Of a stretch of 64,000 nt of DNA, positions 19,288-27,081 are shown one piece after another. The notes below the pieces were generated by a model. That model searched no databases, was not told where the DNA came from, and saw only the letters and a list, made by a program, of their open reading frames with translations. This DNA is from an uncultured Candidatus Micrarchaeota archaeon (lineage in GTDB: Archaea > Micrarchaeota > Micrarchaeia > Micrarchaeales > Micrarchaeaceae). Made by a program: the position numbers and the translations under genes. The stretch spans positions 24,860 to 88,859 of the forward strand of contig CAVXKJ010000001.1 of NCBI GenBank assembly GCA_963762355.1. The letters run 5' to 3'. Numbering within the stretch: position 1 is the stretch's first letter; each line of letters begins with the position of its first letter.

Positions 19288-19848
19288 GTGAAAAAAATGG
19301 CTACATCAATGTCTACAGCAAATTTATCTCGTGAGACGATTATACAAAGAGAAAAGTCAATTATTGAAATGGCATTGGTACACCATAAAATGCAATATAA
19401 AAAATTATTTGGAGTATATCCTAGAGTCGATGAAGAACATGGTAGAATAGCACGTATAGAACAGACAGTCTGTGTACTTGAGGATATGCTCAGGAGAAAA
19501 GAATACAGCACATTACACACAGCTATCAAAAATCGGCCTGAACTGTCGCAGGCGCTAGACACAATTGACTTAGTTAAAAGGGAATATGCAATAAGACTAT
19601 TTTATGCAGCATATGAGGAAAAGAATTATCGTATTGCATTGCATACGTATGATTTTATTTTAGAATGGCACTCTGGTAGTACTAAAGGTAACTTTACAGT
19701 TCCAGATGATGTTTCTACAAAAGGGAACAAGTTATTTAAAGCATTTATAGATGTTAGATTAAACGAGTTGACTGGTATGGAGTTAAGAGATATATTAAGA
19801 AAACTTGGTACGTTCCCAATTTCTGAGGATGGATTAGATAGAACATAG
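19288..19848 (+). CDS. orphan protein inserted between rps8 and rpl6
   Basis: 186 aa with no recognisable domain. Codon usage differs visibly from the flanks (many TTA, AGA, AAA and ATT codons). Confidence 0.5.
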   Translation: MKKMATSMSTANLSRETIIQREKSIIEMALVHHKMQYKKLFGVYPRVDEEHGRIARIEQTVCVLEDMLRRKEYSTLHTAIKNRPELSQALDTIDLVKREYAIRLFYAAYEEKNYRIALHTYDFILEWHSGSTKGNFTVPDDVSTKGNKLFKAFIDVRLNELTGMELRDILRKLGTFPISEDGLDRT

Positions 19849-19855
19849 TGAATAA

Positions 19856-20377
19856 ATGATAGAATTTCCAATAAGCGAGGGAGTAACTGTGGAGATAAAA
19901 GGAAATGAGATCCACACAAAGGGCAGCCTCGGCTCAAATGCAAGAAAATACAATGATGCGCTTCTACAGATATCAAAGAAAGGTAACACAATAGTCATAG
20001 AATCAGTGACGGACAAGGTGCTTGCAAAGAAGGCGGCAATGGTTGAAAGGACATTCAAGAAGGAGCTTGAGAACGACATGCAAGGTGTAACACAGCACTT
20101 CGAGAAAAAGATGAAGGCGGTTTTTGCCCACTTCCCGATCACTGTCGAGGTAAAGGGCAGCGACGTCCTAATAAAGAACATAATAGGCGAGAGATTCCCA
20201 CGGATATCAAAAATCGTGGGAAACACAAAGCTTGAGGTAAAGGGCCAGAACCTGCGGATATACGGAACAAGCCTTGACGACGTGTCACAGACTTCGGCAA
20301 ACATAAGGCAGATCTGCAAGATGAGGAACAAGGACATAAGGGTATTCCAGGACGGATTATACTATGATACAGAATGA
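19856..20377 (+). CDS. rpl6: 50S ribosomal protein L6 (uL6)
   Basis: 173 aa with the two-domain L6 pattern, at the expected synteny position. Confidence 0.9.
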   Translation: MIEFPISEGVTVEIKGNEIHTKGSLGSNARKYNDALLQISKKGNTIVIESVTDKVLAKKAAMVERTFKKELENDMQGVTQHFEKKMKAVFAHFPITVEVKGSDVLIKNIIGERFPRISKIVGNTKLEVKGQNLRIYGTSLDDVSQTSANIRQICKMRNKDIRVFQDGLYYDTE

Positions 20378-20748
20378 TGATTATGGAAAAGAAGAGCCAT
20401 CCGAAATTCACTGTGCCAAACTATGGCGCGAAGGGCAGAAAGAGAGTTCTGCCGAGATGGAGGAAGCAGCGCGGAATAGACAGCAAGAAGCGCATAAAGA
20501 GGAACTTCATGGGTGCAGAGCCAACAATAGGATACAGGAATCCTAAGGAATTGAGGGGAAGACGGGCAAACGGTAACAGAATTCTGATAGTAAGGAACCC
20601 CGAAGAGCTTAAGATGCTGATAGATAAGAAGTCCTTAAACGAGACTGACCTTACCATCGCAAAGGGAGTCTCTACACGGAAGAGGATAGTAATGACAGAG
20701 ATCGCGAACAAAAGCAAGATAAGAATAACAAATGGTGCGTATAAATGA
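20374..20748 (+). CDS. rpl32e: 50S ribosomal protein L32e
   Basis: RWRKQRGIDSKKRIK and GYRNPKELRG motifs. Confidence 0.9.
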   Translation: MMIMEKKSHPKFTVPNYGAKGRKRVLPRWRKQRGIDSKKRIKRNFMGAEPTIGYRNPKELRGRRANGNRILIVRNPEELKMLIDKKSLNETDLTIAKGVSTRKRIVMTEIANKSKIRITNGAYK

Positions 20749-21218
20749 GCATAAAGCTTACAAGAAGAATAGCAGCTGAGCTTCTCAAGAGAGGAGAGAG
20801 CGCGGTGCGCATCAAGCCTGCTTTCACCAAGGATGCCGAAAAGGCAATTACTCGTGAGGATGTTCGCAGCATGATAAAGAGCGGCAGCATATATACGACA
20901 AAATTAAAGCATAATATAAGCGCATATTCAAAGGTTCTAAAGGAAAAGAGGAAGAAGGGAAGGCGAAGAGGTACAGGAAGAAGGAAGGGAACACTCAAGG
21001 CTCGCGGAACTGTAGAGTACAAGAAGCGCATAAGGGGCCAAAGAAGGGTCCTTAAGGTATTGAAAGAAGAGAAATTGGTCGACAATGAGAGGTTCAAGAA
21101 GTATTATGCACTTGTAAAGGGGGGAACCTTTGCGAACAAGGCCTCGTTGCTCAGCCGCATGAAAAATGATGGCGTAGAGATAAAAGAAGAAAAGATGAAA
21201 GAGCTCAGGCATATGTGA
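20745..21218 (+). CDS. rpl19e: 50S ribosomal protein L19e
   Basis: LTRRIAAELLKRGESAVRIKP N-terminus with a basic central region. Confidence 0.95.
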   Translation: MSIKLTRRIAAELLKRGESAVRIKPAFTKDAEKAITREDVRSMIKSGSIYTTKLKHNISAYSKVLKEKRKKGRRRGTGRRKGTLKARGTVEYKKRIRGQRRVLKVLKEEKLVDNERFKKYYALVKGGTFANKASLLSRMKNDGVEIKEEKMKELRHM

Positions 21219-21766
21219 TGTTAATGTACAGAAAAATAAGGCATAGAAGATTGACCTCCGTTACAAATTACAAGAAGCGAGTGGAAGCGCTGAAGAGCGG
21301 CATGAAGAGGGTAACGGTAAGGAAGAGCAACAGGGAGATATCTATGCAGATAATACAGTATGAGGTAAATGGCGACAAGGTGCTTGCAAGTTGCAATTCA
21401 AAAGAGTTAAAGCCATTAGGATGGGAGCCAAGATGCAATATACCAACAGCATACCTTACTGGGCTATTATTGGGAAAGAAGCTTAATGACAACAATTCAG
21501 AATATATACTTGACATAGGTCTTTATAGGCCGATAAAGGGATCGGTGATATTTGCGGCTGCAAAGGGATTTGCAGATTCCGGGGCAAAGCTACACAACAG
21601 CATAGAGTTTGATGAGAAAAGGCTTTCGGGATCGCATATAGCGAAATATGCGGAGCAAGAGATGAAAAATAAGGTTCAGTTCTCAACATATACAAAGGCA
21701 GGGTTTGAGGCAAAATCGATAGAGAACAAATTCGATTCGATAAAAAAACAGATTGTTGCAAAGTGA
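21215..21766 (+). CDS. rpl18: 50S ribosomal protein L18 (uL18)
   Basis: RLTVRKSNREISMQII-like segment, at the expected synteny position. Confidence 0.9.
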   Translation: MMLMYRKIRHRRLTSVTNYKKRVEALKSGMKRVTVRKSNREISMQIIQYEVNGDKVLASCNSKELKPLGWEPRCNIPTAYLTGLLLGKKLNDNNSEYILDIGLYRPIKGSVIFAAAKGFADSGAKLHNSIEFDEKRLSGSHIAKYAEQEMKNKVQFSTYTKAGFEAKSIENKFDSIKKQIVAK

Positions 21767-21770
21767 TCGT

Positions 21771-21986
21771 ATGGCAAAAAATAGAATGAAGCATAATCCA
21801 GAATTAGCGCGCAGTACGATAATGATAGGATATATGCGTATTCACAGATCAGTACCAGAAATACCGGATATAAGTTCTAAAGTTTTAATTGATTACGCGC
21901 GTGAAAATAGAATGACAAATGCAGAAGTAGAAATTGCAAAAGCCGCAATTAGATTAGTAAATCAAACAGAGACATGTAGTAAGTGA
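21771..21986 (+). CDS. orphan small protein inserted between rpl18 and rps5
   Basis: 71 aa from the ATG at 21771. Uses A/T-rich codons and has no known motif. Confidence 0.35.
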   Translation: MAKNRMKHNPELARSTIMIGYMRIHRSVPEIPDISSKVLIDYARENRMTNAEVEIAKAAIRLVNQTETCSK

Positions 21987-21990
21987 TATT

Positions 21991-22660
21991 TTGGATAGAC
22001 CTAGATATGATCGAAGGGAACGCGAAAGAAGCGTATTCAACATAGAGGCATGGCAGCCCAAGACAGAATTGGGCAGGGATGTCAAGGAAAGGAGAGTTAC
22101 ATCAATAGAACAGGTATTCCATGATGGCAGAAGGATAGAGGAACCTGAGATAATAGAGGTTCTTCTTCCAGACCTGAACAACGAGGTAATAGAGATTGCC
22201 AATGTCCAGAGAATGACAAAGAACAACCGCAAGATGAAATACAGGGCAACGGCTATAGTCGGAGATGGAAAGGGCCATGTAGGTGTAGGCTCAGGGAAGG
22301 ACGTTGAGGTAAAGGCGGCCATTGAGAGTGCCGTACTCGATGCAAAGAGCAATGTCATACCGATAATCATGGGCTGCGGCTCATGGCAGTGCCAATGCGG
22401 CACAAAACACAGCCTTCCGATAAAGGTAACGGGAAGATGCGGAAGCGTTGAGGTAATACTTAAGCCAGCGCCAAGAGGCCTTGGGATAGTTGCAAATCCT
22501 GCCAGTAAAGAAGATGCTAGAGCTCGCTGGCGTAAAGGATGCCTGGGAATTCTCAAGGGGAAGGACACGAGCAAAATACAATACAGTTCTTGCGGCTTAC
22601 AGGGCATTGGGAAGCATAAATGAGATGAAGAATATATCTGAGGAAAACATAAATAGATGA
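21991..22660 (+). CDS. rps5: 30S ribosomal protein S5 (uS5), reading frame broken by a 1-nt indel near 22500-22505
   Basis: The listed ORF (21991-22623) has an S5 N-terminal and central region. After ...PAPRGLGIVANP the conserved tail VKKMLELAGVKDAWEFSRGRTRAKYNTVLAAYRALGSINE continues in the +1 frame and ends at the TGA at 22658-22660. Confidence 0.88.
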
Positions 22661-23283
22661 TTATTATGGGAATTGAGGCTGACGCATTCGTAATTCCTGG
22701 CGAAAGGATTGCAACTGAGGAGGAGATGGCAGCAGGAAGCAATACCTTTATCGAAGATGGGATTATATATTCTTCTGTGATAGGCAACATAATAAAAGAG
22801 AATGGATCTATAGCAGTAGCCCCTGCAGGAAGGGAGATAAAGATAATAGACAAGAACATGTTGGTTCTTGGCACTGTGACTGATGACGTAAAGAGCGTTA
22901 TATTTGTAAAAATAGGCGACATCAACATAGAGAAGAAGGATTACCTTGCGCTGAAGGACGGCAAGATAATAATGGACAGGCCAAGGCCAAGTTTTGGAGG
23001 TGGTGGAGGCCGTGACAATCGCTTCCATGCCGAAAAGCCGATAAAACCATGTGCAGTAGGAGACACAATACTTGCAAGAGTGCAGTATAACGACAAGGAT
23101 TCATATACGCTCTCGCTTAATGGAAATGAGACAGGAGTAATATACGCAAAGTGCGAGATGTGTGGAAATGATCTCCAAAGGGATGCGAACAGCCTATTAT
23201 GCGGCGAATGCGGACACAGGGAAAGAAGGAAGATAAGCGATCTTTACAACAAGCCGCAAGAGATAAAAAGTCTTTTTGTATAA
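22657..23283 (+). CDS. csl4: exosome RNA-binding subunit Csl4
   Basis: N-terminal VIPGERIATEEE, a central S1-like domain and the C-terminal zinc ribbon CEMCGN...CGECGH. It is adjacent to rpoL, as in the archaeal exosome neighbourhood. Confidence 0.78.
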   Translation: MIIMGIEADAFVIPGERIATEEEMAAGSNTFIEDGIIYSSVIGNIIKENGSIAVAPAGREIKIIDKNMLVLGTVTDDVKSVIFVKIGDINIEKKDYLALKDGKIIMDRPRPSFGGGGGRDNRFHAEKPIKPCAVGDTILARVQYNDKDSYTLSLNGNETGVIYAKCEMCGNDLQRDANSLLCGECGHRERRKISDLYNKPQEIKSLFV

Positions 23284-23308
23284 GATATAACAATGATAAT
23301 GTGATTAT

Positions 23309-23578
23309 TTGAAAATAAAAGTGCTGAAGGAGGAAAGCAAGGAACTTGTTGTGGAATTCCAGACACATGACCTTACAATACCAGACCTTATCGCAAGCGA
23401 ATTGCTGGAAAGCGATTCCGTGGAATTTGCTGGTGTATCAAAGGATCATCCTGAGACCGGAAATGCGGTTCTCGTTGTCAAGTCAAGCAAGAAGGCAAAG
23501 GAAGAGCTTCTGAAGGCGATAGAAAGCCTTGATGAGCAGTTTGCCGAATTGAAGACGCAGATATCAAAGAAGAAGTAG
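23309..23578 (+). CDS. rpoL: DNA-directed RNA polymerase subunit L (Rpo11)
   Basis: HDLTIPDLIASELLESDSVEFAGVSKDHP matches the RpoL core. It uses a TTG start. Confidence 0.85.
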   Translation: MKIKVLKEESKELVVEFQTHDLTIPDLIASELLESDSVEFAGVSKDHPETGNAVLVVKSSKKAKEELLKAIESLDEQFAELKTQISKKK

Positions 23579-23588
23579 AAACCCAATC

Positions 23589-24161
23589 ATGATGAAGGAA
23601 GGAGTAAGATATATCGCAATTGCCAGCGGGCCTATCAAGAATCGGTATATTGGCAAAAGGAAAGACACACTTATTATAGGGATTATCTTCAGAGAGAATT
23701 ATATCGAGGGATTTCTTTCAACAAAGATAACATCAAACGGGACTGATTCTACAAGGCGGATAATAGAAATGGTAAATAACTCCAGATTCAAGGAGCAGAT
23801 AAGGATTCTCATTTTTAACGGAATTGCGATTGCGGGGCTTAATATAATAAATCCTAAGATTCTTGAGGAAAAGCTTGATTCAAAGGTTGTGCTTCTTAAC
23901 AGGAGAAAGCAGAACGCAAATGAGTTGATAAATGCACTTAGCCATTTTTCAAAGGCAAATAAAGTAAATGTAAGAGACCAGATTGAAATAGTGAAAGAGA
24001 GTTCGAATATTAAGCCACTTAGGACAGATGGATTTTTCATCCAAAGCGGTTTAGATAATAACTACATCAAAAATTTCACGGCTAACGCATTTGAGGCATT
24101 GAGGATAGCACATATTGTTGCAAGGGGCATAGCAACAGGCGAGTCAAAAGGGAGATTATAG
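23589..24161 (+). CDS. DUF99 (UPF0215) family protein
   Basis: The pattern IAIASGPI...IIGIIFREN.IEGFL..KITSNGTDST..I..MV..SRF..QIRILIFNGIAIAGLNII matches DUF99. Confidence 0.7.
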   Translation: MMKEGVRYIAIASGPIKNRYIGKRKDTLIIGIIFRENYIEGFLSTKITSNGTDSTRRIIEMVNNSRFKEQIRILIFNGIAIAGLNIINPKILEEKLDSKVVLLNRRKQNANELINALSHFSKANKVNVRDQIEIVKESSNIKPLRTDGFFIQSGLDNNYIKNFTANAFEALRIAHIVARGIATGESKGRL

Positions 24162-24170
24162 CATTGAATT

Positions 24171-24224
24171 TTTGACATTTGAATATCAAATTATGCGATC
24201 TTTTTGATATTTGAATATCAAATT
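24171..24224. promoter_or_regulatory. two copies of a roughly 20-bp palindromic box
   Basis: TTTGACAT-TTGA-ATATCAAA (24171-24190) and TTTGATAT-TTGA-ATATCAAA (24203-24222). They share a 16-nt core, ATTTGAATATCAAATT, at 24177-24192 and 24209-24224. Confidence 0.4.
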
Positions 24225-24444
24225 TATAGCACTACGCTTGGAGAATATGTCGTATTATCAGCCTTTTTGCACACCAATTTACTGCTTACAGAGTAAATCC
24301 GATAAATAGCGACGGAGAATAGCTTTATATACCTTTTTGTATCATATTGATAAGATTAGTTGAGGTTTCTCGACTTGACAATCCAGGATCAGAAAGCATA
24401 AGGTTATTAATATAATAAGTGAATAATATTTAGCACGACTATAG

Positions 24445-24705
24445 GTGGATAATATGGTAAAGTTCATTATAGCAAAACAACTTGTAGGGAAGAAAGTAAT
24501 AACAAACGATGGTTTCGATCTGGGCAGATTCGTAGATGCAGAGATAAGCAAGGTAACTGGCAAGATTAACGTATTGCTTATAGAACCTGATCCAGATAGC
24601 TCATTGGCTGCGAAGATCAAGAGCGATGATGACCAGGTAAAGGTGCCGTACAATTCAGTAATGGCGGTAAACGATTACATCGTAGTTGACAGGAAGAATC
24701 TTTAA
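24445..24705 (+). CDS. PRC-barrel domain protein
   Basis: LVGKKVITNDGFDLGRFVDAEI...VKVPYNSVMAVNDYIVVD. An alternative ATG lies at 24454. Confidence 0.75.
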   Translation: MDNMVKFIIAKQLVGKKVITNDGFDLGRFVDAEISKVTGKINVLLIEPDPDSSLAAKIKSDDDQVKVPYNSVMAVNDYIVVDRKNL

Positions 24706-24738
24706 ATTCATTTTCCTTTCCTATAGTCGGCCTATTCG

Positions 24739-25443
24739 GTGGTCTTTATAATAATCTGCGGTGGAGATGAGGCTGGGCGCGGTGCGATATTGGGTCCACT
24801 TGTTATAAGCATTGTATCGATAAACAACGCCAGCGTGCACAGGCTTGTAAAGATAGGCGTGCGCGATTCAAAACTACTCTCAGAGGCACGAAGGAACCAA
24901 CTGTATAGCCAAATAGGCGATATAGCCTCTGACATAAAGATAGACAAAATCTATCCAAACGAAATAAATGAGGCGATGAAAAATCATATATCGCTGAACG
25001 AACTTGAGGCAAACAGGTTTGCTGCGCTTTTTGACAAGATAGAGAGCGAGGTAGGCTCCGTGTACCTTGATTCTCCTGACGTTATAGCAAACAGGTTTGG
25101 AACAAGGTTCAAACTCTCAAGCACAAAGCCTACAAAGGTAATGGGCATAAAGGAGAATCCGCATGCAAAGGGCATAAAATACACAAAGATAATAGCTGAG
25201 CATAAGGCCGATTCAAGGTATCCGATCGTCTCTGCAGCAAGCATAATAGCAAAGGTTACTCGCGACAGGGAAATCAAAAAACTTGAAAAGGCGCTCAAGA
25301 TAGTGATAGGCTCTGGTTACCCGTCCGATAACAAGACCATAGATATGATAAGGAACAACTTAAAGAGTGGCATTCTTACCGGCAACATAAGGGAGAAGTG
25401 GAGCACGATGGAGCGAATAAAGCAGAAAAAGCTTGTTCTTTAA
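24739..25443 (+). CDS. rnhB: ribonuclease HII
   Basis: ICGGDEAGRGAILGPLV catalytic motif and DSKLLS. It uses a GTG start. Confidence 0.9.
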   Translation: MVFIIICGGDEAGRGAILGPLVISIVSINNASVHRLVKIGVRDSKLLSEARRNQLYSQIGDIASDIKIDKIYPNEINEAMKNHISLNELEANRFAALFDKIESEVGSVYLDSPDVIANRFGTRFKLSSTKPTKVMGIKENPHAKGIKYTKIIAEHKADSRYPIVSAASIIAKVTRDREIKKLEKALKIVIGSGYPSDNKTIDMIRNNLKSGILTGNIREKWSTMERIKQKKLVL

Positions 25444-25495
25444 CTGATTAGACAAGGCTCTCGCATATAATAAATTTGTCTTGCATAATATTGTA

Positions 25496-25608
25496 GGGCC
25501 TGTGGCGCAACTTGGATAGCGCACTTGGCTTCGGACCAAGTGGTTGCGGGTTCAAATAAACTTTTGATAAACGTTTAATCAAAAGATTGGAAAATCCCGT
25601 CAGGCTCA
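25496..25608 (+). tRNA. tRNA-Arg (anticodon UCG) with an intron of about 38 nt in the T-loop
   Basis: Hand-folded cloverleaf, by arm:
- Acceptor stem GGGCCTG/CAGGCTC (one G-U pair).
- D-arm GCGC-AACTTGGATA-GCGC.
- Anticodon arm CTTGG-CTTCGGA-CCAAG.
- T-stem GCGGG/CCCGT.
- T-loop TTCAAAT, interrupted by TAAACTTTTGATAAACGTTTAATCAAAAGATTGGAAAA.
- Discriminator A at 25608. Confidence 0.8.
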
Positions 25609-25666
25609 TATACGCTTACACGTTTAATATATTTGCAGTTTACCATTCGCTAAAAGACGCAGGTTT

Positions 25667-26077
25667 TCAGAAGTTATATGTATTTCCATCGCCATCTGTA
25701 ACATAACCCCTTATTGAAATGCCATCAACACCACAAACCTCTGCTGCTACGGCTATACTGGTTAATATTGGATCTACCAAATCAGAAGAAGCAGATCGGC
25801 TTGACTTTATCTCTTCGTCTTTCCTAGGGTCTTTTAGCCTGATCATATCAATGATTGCTTTAAGATGTATGTAATTATTACTTTGGTCCAGTCTACTTAT
25901 GCCATTATTCATATCATCTATTGCTGTATAACATTTTGGGGTGTTATTGCGAGTAGGCCCTCCATATAGAAGGACAAACGCCTCTGGTAATTTTACGGTG
26001 TATTTATCGTATGTAGCTGCTGCCAGAATGGCGCCACAAGCTATTATTGGTAAAACTTCCTTTGTTTTTGCTCTCAT
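25667..26077 (-). CDS. hypothetical secreted or lipoprotein-like protein
   Basis: 136 aa with a signal-like N-terminus containing Cys (LPIIACGAILAAA). A/T-rich codons. Confidence 0.5.
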   Translation of the reverse strand: MRAKTKEVLPIIACGAILAAATYDKYTVKLPEAFVLLYGGPTRNNTPKCYTAIDDMNNGISRLDQSNNYIHLKAIIDMIRLKDPRKDEEIKSSRSASSDLVDPILTSIAVAAEVCGVDGISIRGYVTDGDGNTYNF

Positions 26078-26081
26078 TGAA

Positions 26082-26957
26082 TCAATTCGGTAAGCCTGCC
26101 ATTTTTAGGCAATTGGCCCAATATGGGTTAAGCCTCTTTTGTATTGTTGCAAGCTTTGGATATCTTTTCCCATCTTTCTTTTTGAATGCTATATAATCCT
26201 TTATTGTTAGCTTGACATTCTCCTTCTCCGCTGGAGTCAATTCAGGTTTATCTAATTCAACTGCCACTTGCAGGCATTTTTCTTCGTATGCTAATTTTAA
26301 TACAGATAATAGATCATCAGTTGTATACTTTGTCTTTTTTCCATGGGTTTTGATAATTCCGATCCCCAGTTGTTCAAAAATTACTGCAGCCATTAAATGT
26401 TTAAAAAGTTTTGTTGGAACCTGGGGCACTTTATTTTCCCGTACCGCTGTTATTAGCTCCTTTCTGCCTATTGAACGCTTTTCTTGCAGTTGAAATCTTT
26501 CAGCGTACTCTCTCAGTCTTCCGATATAAAGATCTTTGTCTGCCATTTCGAAATGCATTGGAGGGGATGCGAATGTAGCAGGTAGTTCTAGCAAATTTGC
26601 AAGATGAATGATGCCACCAAAGTGTTGGCAAAGCGTGCTGAAATGAGGAAGCTTGCCTGACTTGTGCCAGCGGCCAATAAATTCCTTGTCTATCTTTATT
26701 AACCGTTTTTCATCTTCTGTGAGGATCCTACCAAGTTGACGTTCCTTAAGTTTAATTTCTTGCTCCCATGATTCTCTCAAAAGGACCTTTAAGCGCTCGT
26801 TAGTGTACTCGGATCGGTTATTGCTGCGGAGTAGCACTGCGCCCTTTTCCGGTTCACGGATCAAACTGTGAAATGCATCTGCAGCATTTCCTGCAATATG
26901 CGTACGCTTTTCAGTTGATGCTGATTTAGTGAACATTTTATCATATTTATAGGGCAT
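26082..26957 (-). CDS. hypothetical protein with repeated P..STL..FGG/..AGLP-type helical modules
   Basis: 291 aa. The segments KLPHFSTLCQHFGGIIHLANLLEL and RYPKLATIQKRLNPYWANCLKMAGLPN resemble the homing-endonuclease-associated repeat pattern (weak call). Confidence 0.5.
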   Translation of the reverse strand: MPYKYDKMFTKSASTEKRTHIAGNAADAFHSLIREPEKGAVLLRSNNRSEYTNERLKVLLRESWEQEIKLKERQLGRILTEDEKRLIKIDKEFIGRWHKSGKLPHFSTLCQHFGGIIHLANLLELPATFASPPMHFEMADKDLYIGRLREYAERFQLQEKRSIGRKELITAVRENKVPQVPTKLFKHLMAAVIFEQLGIGIIKTHGKKTKYTTDDLLSVLKLAYEEKCLQVAVELDKPELTPAEKENVKLTIKDYIAFKKKDGKRYPKLATIQKRLNPYWANCLKMAGLPN

Positions 26958-27081
26958 TTTATAATATAAATACTTTTCTTTTCGGCAAAACCTATCGGCA
27001 AAAGCTTTATAACCCTTTCTGATAGAATAGTATTGTTAATGCTGATTTTCCCGCATTACTGCACTTTGCAGGAGGGATTAG

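Noticed and set aside
21954-22928. 324-aa minus-strand ORF, the longest unannotated ORF in the track.
   Set aside because: It is antisense to rps5 and csl4, which have clear homology signals. Its Ser/Leu/Ile/Pro-rich low-complexity translation is typical of a shadow ORF. The same reasoning applies to many other antisense ORFs in the track, for example 7388-7918, 13094-13618, 12918-13475, 28371-28955, 28945-29478, 30072-30683, 43389-43982, 43675-44229, 44286-44768, 19834-20337, 20672-21097 and 6276-6743.
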